NCBI GenBank assembly: GCA_963762565.1
Contig: CAVXLD010000004.1
Location: 1-64,000, forward strand
DNA length: 64,000 nt
Source: an uncultured Verrucomicrobiae bacterium
Lineage (GTDB): Bacteria; Verrucomicrobiota; Verrucomicrobiia; Chthoniobacterales; JAFAMB01
Direction of reading: 5' to 3'
Shown one piece after another: positions 51,821 through 61,006 of the stretch (the stretch's first letter is position 1; every line of letters begins with the position of its first letter). Position numbers and translations under genes: made by a program. The notes below the pieces were generated by a model that was given only the letters and a program-made list of their open reading frames with translations, was not told the DNA's origin and made no database searches.

Positions 51821-52836
51821 GGCTGTATCTCCGAAACTTTAACCGGGCGGTTCTCCTTCCAACTACGACTTGCCGCGATTGCCAGCCGCAGCGTCTCGAG
51901 CGCGTCTTCTGCGCCCGGAGACGGCATTTGGCCGGACTTGATCGCTTCAAAAAATGCTTGTAACTCCAGCCGATACGCGGCCTCGAAACGATCGGGAAAG
52001 TTTTCGTAATGATCGTAGCGAGCGCCAAATTCGCGCGACAAAGTCATCGGCGTTTTCTGCGGCGCTTCGATCACAACTTTGGCGTCTGCACCGGCTACTT
52101 CCGTCCGGATATCATAACCCCACTTTGAGCGCCGGGACGTTTCCACAACCCCTAACGCTCCATTCTTAAACTTGAGCAGGGTAACGGCCGTATCGCAGTC
52201 CTGGGCTTGGGCGAAGCGGTCGTCGATCAACACGGATCCCCAGGCGGACACCTCTTCAACCTCACCCACCAAAAACCGAGCCAAGTCGAGATCGTGAACC
52301 GCCATGTCCAGAAAGGAACCGCCGCTTTGAAGCAGAAACTTGAGCGGCGGCGGATAGGTATCACGGCTTAAAGCCCGAAAGGTTTCGATGCGGCCGAGCT
52401 CTCCCTGATCAATCCTTTTCTTCGCCTCCGCGTAACCCGGGTCATAGCGGCGCATGAAACCGAGCTGCACAAAAGCGCTCTTCTTTTGAATCAAATCAAC
52501 GACCCTCTTTGTCTCAGCCAAATCGAGGGCAATCGGCTTCTCGCTAAACACAGCTTTCCCAGCCTGCACGGCGGTCTCGATCAGTCGGGCATGCGTATCG
52601 GTCGGGGTAACGATAATCACGACATCGACCGATGGATCCAGAATTGCTTCTTCCGTGCTGACGATCGCCCAATCCGCACCTGATAATTCGCGCCCACGCT
52701 CAGCCGCCTTCAGATTCGGATCGGCTACCACCCTGACGCGAACACCATTGATCGACGCTAGATTTCGCAGATGAGTCTCGCCCATCCGCCCGCAACCGAG
52801 AAACGCAACGCCAATTTCCGCTTTCGCTTTGGTCAT
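51817..52836 (-). CDS. iolG: Inositol 2-dehydrogenase (Gfo/Idh/MocA)
   Basis: GCGRMG, SEKP, GFMRRYD, DMAVHD and GYDIRTEV motifs, in iol context. Confidence 0.82.
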   Translation of the reverse strand: MTKAKAEIGVAFLGCGRMGETHLRNLASINGVRVRVVADPNLKAAERGRELSGADWAIVSTEEAILDPSVDVVIIVTPTDTHARLIETAVQAGKAVFSEKPIALDLAETKRVVDLIQKKSAFVQLGFMRRYDPGYAEAKKRIDQGELGRIETFRALSRDTYPPPLKFLLQSGGSFLDMAVHDLDLARFLVGEVEEVSAWGSVLIDDRFAQAQDCDTAVTLLKFKNGALGVVETSRRSKWGYDIRTEVAGADAKVVIEAPQKTPMTLSREFGARYDHYENFPDRFEAAYRLELQAFFEAIKSGQMPSPGAEDALETLRLAIAASRSWKENRPVKVSEIQP

Positions 52837-53843
52837 TGAATCTCCTCTAGACGAACCACACGCCCTTCCTTATGGCTCCGAGTCGCTGCAATCCCAATTC
52901 GCAATGCTTCGACGGCATCGACCGCGCCCGGCGTTGGAGGACGGCCTTCTTGCACGCAAGCGAAGAACGACTCCAGCTCCGCTTGAAACGCGTCTTTGAA
53001 TCGATCCATGAAGAAGTAAAAATGATCTTCCTCGGAGCCCCCCTCCCGGTAATGACGCAACGGGCTCTTGCGTTCGGCGTGAACCACCAGTTTACCGCGT
53101 TCTCCGAATACTTCGGTTACAATGTCGTAGCCGTAGATCGCTCGACGTGAATTCTCGATCACCCCGAGCGCTCCGTTCTTAAACCGCAAGAGGGTGGTCG
53201 CGGTATCAACATCACCAAAGTCGGCCGCATCTTTAAGGAACCGGGCAGCTCCCCAGGCGCTGACCGATTCTACTTCGCCCACCAGAAATCGAGCCAGATC
53301 AATCTCGTGAATCATCTGATCCAAGAAGAGTCCGCCGCTCGTCTCAAGGTATTCCCGAGGAGGCGGCGCCGGGTCGCGGCCGACCGACCTGAATTGGTCA
53401 ATGCGGCCAATTAAGTTTCGATCGATCTTTCTCCGAGCTTCCGCATAACCGGTATCAAACCTTCGCTGGAACCCGATTTGGAAAGGAATAGCGGCTTGCT
53501 CGACCGCATGGAGCGCCTTCTTGGTGCGTTCCAGGTCCAATGCAACCGGCTTCTCACAAAACACCGCTTTGCCGGAGCGCGCGCCGGCCTCAATCAAATC
53601 TGCGTGGGTGCCGGTTGGGGTACAGATTACGACCGCATCGATCTCTTTTGATGCGAAGACTTCGGCAGGATCGCTGATCGCTTTTGCGCCCGGAGCCTTG
53701 GCGGCAATCTTTTCCGCTGCTTCCAGAATGGCATCACAAACCGTGGTCAAGGAAACACTGGGAGACCCGATCAATGTCCTGGCATGCTCTTGGCCAATCC
53801 GGCCGGCGCCGAGCAGAGCAACTCGAGTTCGTTTAGTATTCAT
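52833..53843 (-). CDS. iolG: Inositol 2-dehydrogenase-like paralogue (Gfo/Idh/MocA)
   Basis: GAGRIG, CEKP, GFQRRFD, DQMIHE and YGYDI motifs. Confidence 0.78.
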   Translation of the reverse strand: MNTKRTRVALLGAGRIGQEHARTLIGSPSVSLTTVCDAILEAAEKIAAKAPGAKAISDPAEVFASKEIDAVVICTPTGTHADLIEAGARSGKAVFCEKPVALDLERTKKALHAVEQAAIPFQIGFQRRFDTGYAEARRKIDRNLIGRIDQFRSVGRDPAPPPREYLETSGGLFLDQMIHEIDLARFLVGEVESVSAWGAARFLKDAADFGDVDTATTLLRFKNGALGVIENSRRAIYGYDIVTEVFGERGKLVVHAERKSPLRHYREGGSEEDHFYFFMDRFKDAFQAELESFFACVQEGRPPTPGAVDAVEALRIGIAATRSHKEGRVVRLEEIQ

Positions 53844-54772
53844 CTCTTGTTTTGAAAATCAGCTGCGATCCGTCGTGAAACCTGCAGGGCCGATAGCCCG
53901 TATTTATCGAGCAGAAAATCGTTGGGCGCAGATTCACCCCATTTGTCTTCGAGGCCGTAGCGGATCACCCGGCGTGGAGAATTCGCGGAGAGCAGCTCAG
54001 CCACCAGGCCGCCAAGCCCGCCGAAGATGCTATGTTCTTCCACGGTGAAAATGAGGTCGTAAGCGGAACAAGCGTCTATCAATGCGGCCTCGTTCAAAGG
54101 CTTAATCGAAGGAATGTGGAGAACGCCGAGCTCGATCTGTTGTTTCGCCAATTCGTTCGCCGCTTCAAAACAACGAGACGATTGCGGACCGGTCGAGATC
54201 AACAGGGCATGCTCGCCCCGGCGCAGCCAACGAATTTCACCGAGAGTGAATTGGTAATCCGCCGTAAACACATCCGCGCTGGCATCGCGAGTCAGTCGAA
54301 GATAGACCGGGCCCTCATATTCTGTGGCCCATTTAATCATAGCGGCGCATTCGTATTGATCCGCCGGCGCCAGCAGGGTCATCCCCGGCATCGCCCGCAT
54401 GATGGCCAGGTCCTCGACATCGTGGTGCGTTTTCCCGGTGTAACCGGTCATCAACCCCGAGTAAGCCGCACCAATTTTTACATTGGCGTTGGTCTGCGCA
54501 ACGAGCATCCGAATTGGATCAATCGCCCGATGAGTGAAGAAGACAGTGAAAGTCGAAAGCCAAGGAACAAAGCCCACCGCTGCCATACCGACCGCAACGC
54601 CCACCATGTTTTGCTCAGCGATCCCCATCTCCAAAAACCGGTCCGGATGAGCAGCCGCGAATTTGTCCGCTTTGGTGGAATTCGCGAGATCTCCATCGAG
54701 CATCACGACCCGCTGATCTTCCTTCGCCAAAGCTACCAGGGTGTCAGCCCAGACATCTCTTAGTGCTTTCAT
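53840..54772 (-). CDS. Split transketolase, C-terminal (pyrimidine-binding) subunit
   Basis: GIAEQNM, TGKTHH, GPVYLR and VEEHS...GGLG motifs. Confidence 0.92.
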   Translation of the reverse strand: MKALRDVWADTLVALAKEDQRVVMLDGDLANSTKADKFAAAHPDRFLEMGIAEQNMVGVAVGMAAVGFVPWLSTFTVFFTHRAIDPIRMLVAQTNANVKIGAAYSGLMTGYTGKTHHDVEDLAIMRAMPGMTLLAPADQYECAAMIKWATEYEGPVYLRLTRDASADVFTADYQFTLGEIRWLRRGEHALLISTGPQSSRCFEAANELAKQQIELGVLHIPSIKPLNEAALIDACSAYDLIFTVEEHSIFGGLGGLVAELLSANSPRRVIRYGLEDKWGESAPNDFLLDKYGLSALQVSRRIAADFQNKR

Positions 54773-55647
54773 TTTGCAGCCTCCGTGATCTGAAGTTCAC
54801 GCCGGGCAAGGTCGAGCTCAGCCGGGTTCGCAACCTTGGAATGCCATTCGAATTTCCCTTCGGTGAACGACAACCCTTTCCCTTTGAGCGTGCGCGCTAC
54901 AATCATGGTCGGGCGGCCAACCGGCGGTTGAGCTTTGCATTCCCGGATAGCGGGCAGGATTTCGTCGAAGCGATGGCCGTCGATCTGGACGACGCGCCAA
55001 CCCAGGTTCGCGAAAATCGCCGGCAAATCCACGTTATTCCAGGGATCGCGCCGGTCGCCTCGACCGTCAGCATCGTTCTGTTTCAACCAGCCAAACTGTT
55101 GGAGCCCGTTCGAATCCAGGATCGCGGTCAGATTCCCTAGCTGATAACGCGGGGCTAGGTGGAGTCCCTCCCAAATCATACCCTCTTGCAGTTCGCCGTC
55201 CCCGATCATGACAAAGGAATGAAAGCGTTCCTGTTTTTTCTGGGCCCCCAAGGCGAATCCGATCCCGACCGAAAGCCCCATTCCCAACGATCCGGTAGAT
55301 GTTTCGAGACCCGGTAGCTTGGTGACGTCTGGATGGCCTTGCAGCCGGGAATTGCCTTTGTCGAATGTCTTCAATTCTTCGACTGGAAAAAATCCTCTGA
55401 GCGCCATCACAGTGTATAGCCCGATGGCGGCATGACCTTTGGAAAGAATGAAACGGTCGCGCTCCGGCCATTTCGGTTCTTCCGGCCTGATCTCCATGCC
55501 CCGAAAGAAAAGGCTGATCAGCAGATCCATGGCTGACATGGGTCCGCCCACATGGCCGGCGCCGCTTCCGGCAACCGTGCTAAGCACCAACCAACGGCCT
55601 TGCCGCGATAGTTCCTCGAGATCGGAATAATCGGTATCTAGTTTCAT
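54769..55647 (-). CDS. Split transketolase, N-terminal (ThDP-binding) subunit
   Basis: GHVGG, DRFILSKGH, LQGHP, STGSLG, GDGELQEG...N and WH motifs. Confidence 0.93.
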   Translation of the reverse strand: MKLDTDYSDLEELSRQGRWLVLSTVAGSGAGHVGGPMSAMDLLISLFFRGMEIRPEEPKWPERDRFILSKGHAAIGLYTVMALRGFFPVEELKTFDKGNSRLQGHPDVTKLPGLETSTGSLGMGLSVGIGFALGAQKKQERFHSFVMIGDGELQEGMIWEGLHLAPRYQLGNLTAILDSNGLQQFGWLKQNDADGRGDRRDPWNNVDLPAIFANLGWRVVQIDGHRFDEILPAIRECKAQPPVGRPTMIVARTLKGKGLSFTEGKFEWHSKVANPAELDLARRELQITEAAK

Positions 55648-56513
55648 GTGATCAGTGGTTCTAGGTAGCGTCGATTGTTGGCCGCTATCTGGGTAGGATC
55701 GTCCGGGGTAGTGTCTTGTTCGACCACTAGCCAGCCGTTGTAGCCGGCTTGGCGCAGCGAATCGATGACGTCGGGCACTCTCGCGATGCCCTCACCCAGC
55801 GGAGCGAAGATGTAGGATTTTAAGGCCTGAGCAAAACTCCAACCGTTCTCCCGGGACTCCTTGAGCACCTGACCGTCGACATCTTTGATATGAACGTAAC
55901 CGACACGGTTACCGTATTTCTTTAGTGCCCGCAGGTTGTCACCGCCGCCGTAAGCAAGATGGCCGCAGTCCAGGCACCAGCTCACCAACTCCGGGTCCGT
56001 TTCGTCCAGGAGCCGGGTGGTTTCTTCCTCGGTTTCTACGTAGGTGCCGACGTGATTATGGAAAACGACCCGTACCCCAATCGAAGCCAGTTCTTTGGCC
56101 AGATCGTTTAGTCCGGTCCCGAGCGATTTCCATTGGTCATCAGTTAGGGCGCCGCTGGCATCAACGTGCCCGGCCTCACCGCGACGTCGATCGTCGCCGC
56201 TGTCGGCTGCGATCAAGTAGCCACCTCCAGCCGACTGGAAAAACCGGCCGATCTCGACTGCCCGAGCGATTTCGGCCTCACGTTTTTGACGATTACGCAG
56301 CTCCAAACCAACAAAGCCACCCAGCATTTGCAGGCTCCGCTGCTGGAGGTCGGACCGTAGCTTGGCGGTTTCTCGCTCCATGTTCATGCCCCATTCGGTG
56401 GCAACGTACCCCGCGGCCACCATCTCATCCAACAACGCTGGATAAGGCACCCAGGGCCGATAGTCGGTTACGTCTCCGTTGTTCCAATTAACCGGCGCAG
56501 TGGCGAGCTTCAT
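55644..56513 (-). CDS. iolE: Myo-inosose-2 dehydratase-like TIM barrel protein
   Basis: APVNW, FHNHVGT, LDCGH, VHIKD and WLVVEQD motifs, in iol context. Confidence 0.8.
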   Translation of the reverse strand: MKLATAPVNWNNGDVTDYRPWVPYPALLDEMVAAGYVATEWGMNMERETAKLRSDLQQRSLQMLGGFVGLELRNRQKREAEIARAVEIGRFFQSAGGGYLIAADSGDDRRRGEAGHVDASGALTDDQWKSLGTGLNDLAKELASIGVRVVFHNHVGTYVETEEETTRLLDETDPELVSWCLDCGHLAYGGGDNLRALKKYGNRVGYVHIKDVDGQVLKESRENGWSFAQALKSYIFAPLGEGIARVPDVIDSLRQAGYNGWLVVEQDTTPDDPTQIAANNRRYLEPLIT

Positions 56514-58402
56514 GCTAAAACCGGGCGCTGCTTCTTGGTGGCTTCCTCGTAGTTCACCCGGGTTGTCTTGGTGTGATCCGCCGAGCTAACTTCTGCGACC
56601 GGCACATCCCACCAGGTTCCCATTCCCGGCATTCGGTTTTCGGGATCGACCGGGATCACCACTACCGTGATCCGGTCTGACTTACGCGCTTTCTCCAGCG
56701 CCGCTTTCACTTCGCTGGAAGTGGTCGCGAAGATGGATAGGGCGCCCATCGATGCCGCATGTTTCTGGAAGTCGACCGGAACATAATCGCCCGCCGGTGC
56801 ACCCTCTTTCCCGTCGCGGAAACGGAGTTCGTTACCGAAATCGGCTACCCCGACCGCCCGCTGCAAACCGAGAATGCATTGGAACCCGTGGTTGTCGACC
56901 AATACAATCGTGATCCGAATTCCTTCAGCGACTGCGGTCACGATCTCGGAATTCATCATCAGATAAGAGCCGTCCCCAACCATCACGACGACTTCCCGTT
57001 CCGGTTCCGCCAATTTCACCCCCAGGCCACCTGCGATCTCGTAACCCATGCAAGAATATCCGTATTCGAGGTGATAGGCTTTCGGATCCTCAGGCCGCCA
57101 GAGCCGGAGTAGCTCGCCCGGCAGGCCACCAGCCGCGCAAACGACGGTCGCCTTGCCGCCGAAGCTTTCGTTGACTAATCCGATGACGGCGGTCTCAGCC
57201 AGTTTGCCCGGTGTATCATTCTTTACCGAGCGTATGTCAGTGACTTTGGCATCCCACTCCGCCTTCAGCGATTTTACCTGGCTCCGGTATTCCTGGCTGG
57301 TTCCTCTGTAGCCGCTTTCGCGCAACGCCTGGCTCAATGCACCCAGCGCTCGTTTCGCATCGGCCACGACCGGCAACGCGGCTAGCTTATTCGCGTCCAT
57401 CGGCACCACATTGATGCCGATAAATCGGACCGACGGGTTCTGGTAAGCCGATTTCGACGCGGTGGTGAAATCGCTCAGCCGGGTGCCCAATGCGATCACT
57501 AAATCCGCGTCCACAGCTAACCGGTTTGCACTGGTAGATCCGTTTGATCCAACCGGGCCAGCATTCAGCTCATGGTTCCAATTGAGAACCCCCTTCCCGG
57601 CTTGCGTCTCGCTGATTGGGATCCCGAACTCTTCCACGAAGGCCCGCAAATCTTCGGCTGCCTCGGCGTAAATGGTACCGCCACCCGAAACGATCAACGG
57701 TTTTGACGCACCGGCGATCAACTCTGCCGCCTTACGAATCAGCTCCGGCTCAGGCAATGGCCGGCGCACATGCCAAACCCGGCGCTCGAAAAATTCGACC
57801 GGATAATCGTAAGCTTCGGCCTGAACATCTTCCGGCAAACTAATGGTGACGGCGCCAGTCTCTGCGGGATCGGTCAAGACACGAAAGGCTTCCGGTAAGC
57901 TGGCCAATAATTGTTCGGGTCGGGAGATGCGATCGAAAAACTTCGAAACCGGCCGGAAAGCATCACTTACGCTGACATCTCTTTCCAGAGGATGCTCCAA
58001 TTGTTGAAGCACCGGGTCAGGAATACGATTGGCGAAATAATCGCTGGGCAATAGCAGGACGGGCAACCGATTGACGCTCGCCGCAGCGGCGCCGGTAATC
58101 ATGTTCGTGGCGCCGGGACCAATTGAGGTTGTGCAGGCAAACGTCGCTAACCGGTTTCGATGTTTGGCAAATGCAGCCGATAAGTGGACCATCGCCTGTT
58201 CATTCTGAGGTCGATAAAAGGGCAGCCCTTCTTCCCGAGCCAACTCGACGATGCCTTGACCAAAGCCGGCGACGTTGCCGTGCCCGAAGATACCCCAAAT
58301 CCCTTCGATAAAGCGGCTTTGACGGCCGTCGCGTTCAACGAATTGGCGAGCCAGGAATCGGGTCAGAGCCTGGCCAGTGGTTAGTCGTACGGTACGATTC
58401 AT
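56510..58402 (-). CDS. iolD: 3D-(3,5/4)-trihydroxycyclohexane-1,2-dione acylhydrolase
   Basis: RLTTGQAL, IFGHGNVAG, PDPVLQQLE, YHLEYGYSCMGYE and WWDVPV motifs. Confidence 0.96.
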   Translation of the reverse strand: MNRTVRLTTGQALTRFLARQFVERDGRQSRFIEGIWGIFGHGNVAGFGQGIVELAREEGLPFYRPQNEQAMVHLSAAFAKHRNRLATFACTTSIGPGATNMITGAAAASVNRLPVLLLPSDYFANRIPDPVLQQLEHPLERDVSVSDAFRPVSKFFDRISRPEQLLASLPEAFRVLTDPAETGAVTISLPEDVQAEAYDYPVEFFERRVWHVRRPLPEPELIRKAAELIAGASKPLIVSGGGTIYAEAAEDLRAFVEEFGIPISETQAGKGVLNWNHELNAGPVGSNGSTSANRLAVDADLVIALGTRLSDFTTASKSAYQNPSVRFIGINVVPMDANKLAALPVVADAKRALGALSQALRESGYRGTSQEYRSQVKSLKAEWDAKVTDIRSVKNDTPGKLAETAVIGLVNESFGGKATVVCAAGGLPGELLRLWRPEDPKAYHLEYGYSCMGYEIAGGLGVKLAEPEREVVVMVGDGSYLMMNSEIVTAVAEGIRITIVLVDNHGFQCILGLQRAVGVADFGNELRFRDGKEGAPAGDYVPVDFQKHAASMGALSIFATTSSEVKAALEKARKSDRITVVVIPVDPENRMPGMGTWWDVPVAEVSSADHTKTTRVNYEEATKKQRPVLA

Positions 58403-58843
58403 AAGATGTGAGAGGTGGTTGGTGAGGGGTCAGGTTACCGGGGGCATGCCACAGAAGTAATCAGTAAACAGTAATCAGTGATCGAAAAATGAGGGTCACC
58501 ACGATACGACGAAGCGTGGCGCCGGTTCGGGGGAACACCGGTGGTTGCGTGTGGGGGGGCGTTAAGGGGGACGGTCGACTTTCGTTTGGTTTTCGTTGTG
58601 ATAAAGAAATGAAATCGAATCCTTTCCGTTTCAACCTGAATTTTTGACGAAATTTTAGCGGACCAGACCATCACCACCGCTTCTGGCCGGATCGGTTTTC
58701 CGCTCTTGGAAACATTCGGACCAGCATCCTTCAGACAACCCTCGCCATCATGAAAAAAGAGTTCGAATTGCTTTCGTTGGTCGCAGAAGACGATATCCTT
58801 TTGCTTCCCGGGTTCAGAGAACCGGATCGCCCGACTTAACAGT

Positions 58844-60985
58844 ATGAAACATTGTTCCGTCCGAATCATGGCCATAGTGGCAGGATCCCCGCTGGTGTTG
58901 ATGGCGCCCAGCAGCCAGGCAGACCAGGGCGCTTGGTTGTTCAACGCGCCGCCGCTGAAGCAATTGAAGGAAAAATACCATTTTACCCCAGACGCAGCCT
59001 GGTTGGAGCACATCCAAAAGAGCAGCGTTCGGTTTGACAACGGAGCCAGCGGTTCGTTTGTGTCCGCGAACGGTTTAGTCATCACCAATCAGCACGTCGG
59101 GGCCGACGCTTTGCAGGAATTCGGAGACGCTCAGCACAATTATACTCGAGACGGATTTTACGCCGCCACACCGGCCGAGGAAAAGCGGTGTTACGACTTG
59201 GAACTCAACGTTCTGGAGTCAATCGAGGATGTCACCGGGCGAGTCAACGCCGCAGTCCCCCCTGCCAGCAAACCCGAGGAGGCCGTGGCGGCACGGCGAA
59301 AAGTCATCGCCGAGATCGAGCAGGAGTCGGCCAAAAGAACTGGGTTGCGCAGCGACGTGGTGACTCTTTTCGAAGGAGGCAGTTATCAATTGTACCGCTA
59401 TAAACGATATACCGATGTGCGCCTGGTTTTTGCGCCGGAGGAGGGAATAGCGTCTTATGGTGGCGATCCCGATAATTTCGAATATCCGCGCTACGATTTG
59501 GATATCTGTCTGTTTCGCGTATACGAAAATAATCAACCGGTTCATCCTGAGCATTATCTGCGGGTTAATGTTGACGGGCCATCTGAGCATGACTTGGTCT
59601 TCGTGAGCGGAAATCCAAGTAGTACCAATCGCATGTGTACCGTCGCCGCGATCGAAGAGGAACGGGATACTATCCTGCCGACCATTTTGGCGGCCCTCAA
59701 ACGAAGAGAAGTTTTCCTGACCGCTTATAGCGCGCGCGCGATAGAAAACGCACGACGGGCCCGAGACTACCTTTTGGAAATACAGAATTCCAGAAAGGCC
59801 TGCGACGGTCTGTTAGCCGGATTACTCGATCCGGAATCGCTCCGTCTGATCTCTGAAAATGAAAATGGATTGAAATCGGCTGCCGCTCAAGACGCTCGTT
59901 TTTCGAATATTCCGGATGCGTATGCGGAGATTCAGAAGGCCATCTCTGCTGATCCGGAAAATATTGTGAAGTTTATGTTCTATGAGAATTCCCACGCGAG
60001 GACTTCGGTGTTCGAACCGTTCGGAGCGTACCCGATAGGGTTCGACGGTCAGTTGTTTGCGATTGCTCGTGCTTTAGTTCGCGCGACTGAAGAACGCGAA
60101 AAACCAAACGAGAAACGCTTGCCCGAGTACCGCGACTCCGCTCGACCGAGCCTGGAGCTCGGGTTGTTCTCTGCAGCACCGATCTACGATGATTTAGAGA
60201 TACTGGCACTCAGCGATGCGCTAACTAGTTTGGTTTCCGCTTACGGAGTTGATGACCCGGTCGTCCGTGGCTTGCTGCAGGGGAAGTCTCCTCACGACCG
60301 CGCTTACGAGTTAGTGAAAAACACGCGGCTAAAGGACGTCCAATTTCGCCATCAGCTTTATGACGGAGGCGTTGCCGCCTTAAGAGCTGCTGCTGATCCA
60401 ATGATTCAATTTGCGCAAGCAGCCGATCAGGTTGCTCGCCAGGCGCGAGAGACCATGGAGGAACAGGACGAGGTGATGAATAAGGCATACGCCGAAATCG
60501 CAAAAGCAAAACTGGCACTCGAGGCAGACCAATTCCCGCCCGATGCAACTTTCACTTTACGGTTGTCTTTCGGAACCGTGCAGGGCTACGAGCAAGATGG
60601 AAAAACGATCCCGACATTTACGAATTTTGCGGGATTGTATCAGCGGGCCGATGAACACGAAAATCGCCCGCCATTCGCATTGCCAACCCGCTGGGTAAAT
60701 AAGCGTACAGTAATCGACTCGAAAACCCCCTTTGACTTTGTGGCCACGACAGACATCGTCGGCGGCAATAGCGGCAGCCCAGTGATAAATCGGAACGGCG
60801 ATTTTGTTGGCATCATCTTTGACGCAAACATTCAGTCATTGCCTTGGGATTATCTTTATTCGGATAAACAAGGACGGGCTGTCGCAGTTGATTCTCGAGC
60901 GATTCTTGAAGCGCTAAAACACGGCTACGACGTTCCGGCTCTGGTAAGCGAGTTAGCCGGGGGAACGCAGACTGCCGACAAGTAA
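58844..60985 (+). CDS. S46 family dipeptidyl peptidase
   Basis: ADQGAW (DEGMW-like), TNQH, PDATFTLRLSFG and DIVGGNSGSP motifs. Confidence 0.92.
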   Translation: MKHCSVRIMAIVAGSPLVLMAPSSQADQGAWLFNAPPLKQLKEKYHFTPDAAWLEHIQKSSVRFDNGASGSFVSANGLVITNQHVGADALQEFGDAQHNYTRDGFYAATPAEEKRCYDLELNVLESIEDVTGRVNAAVPPASKPEEAVAARRKVIAEIEQESAKRTGLRSDVVTLFEGGSYQLYRYKRYTDVRLVFAPEEGIASYGGDPDNFEYPRYDLDICLFRVYENNQPVHPEHYLRVNVDGPSEHDLVFVSGNPSSTNRMCTVAAIEEERDTILPTILAALKRREVFLTAYSARAIENARRARDYLLEIQNSRKACDGLLAGLLDPESLRLISENENGLKSAAAQDARFSNIPDAYAEIQKAISADPENIVKFMFYENSHARTSVFEPFGAYPIGFDGQLFAIARALVRATEEREKPNEKRLPEYRDSARPSLELGLFSAAPIYDDLEILALSDALTSLVSAYGVDDPVVRGLLQGKSPHDRAYELVKNTRLKDVQFRHQLYDGGVAALRAAADPMIQFAQAADQVARQARETMEEQDEVMNKAYAEIAKAKLALEADQFPPDATFTLRLSFGTVQGYEQDGKTIPTFTNFAGLYQRADEHENRPPFALPTRWVNKRTVIDSKTPFDFVATTDIVGGNSGSPVINRNGDFVGIIFDANIQSLPWDYLYSDKQGRAVAVDSRAILEALKHGYDVPALVSELAGGTQTADK

Positions 60986-61006
60986 TTTCCCGCTCAGCTG
61001 ATATCC

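Noticed and set aside
54032..54763. Long antisense ORFs over iol, ADH, uvrA and other genes
   Set aside because: These are shadow ORFs typical of GC-rich coding DNA.
58435..59088. 217-aa minus-strand ORF as a possible iol regulator
   Set aside because: It overlaps the S46 peptidase antisense, ends in a heptamer tract, and has no HTH-like signal.
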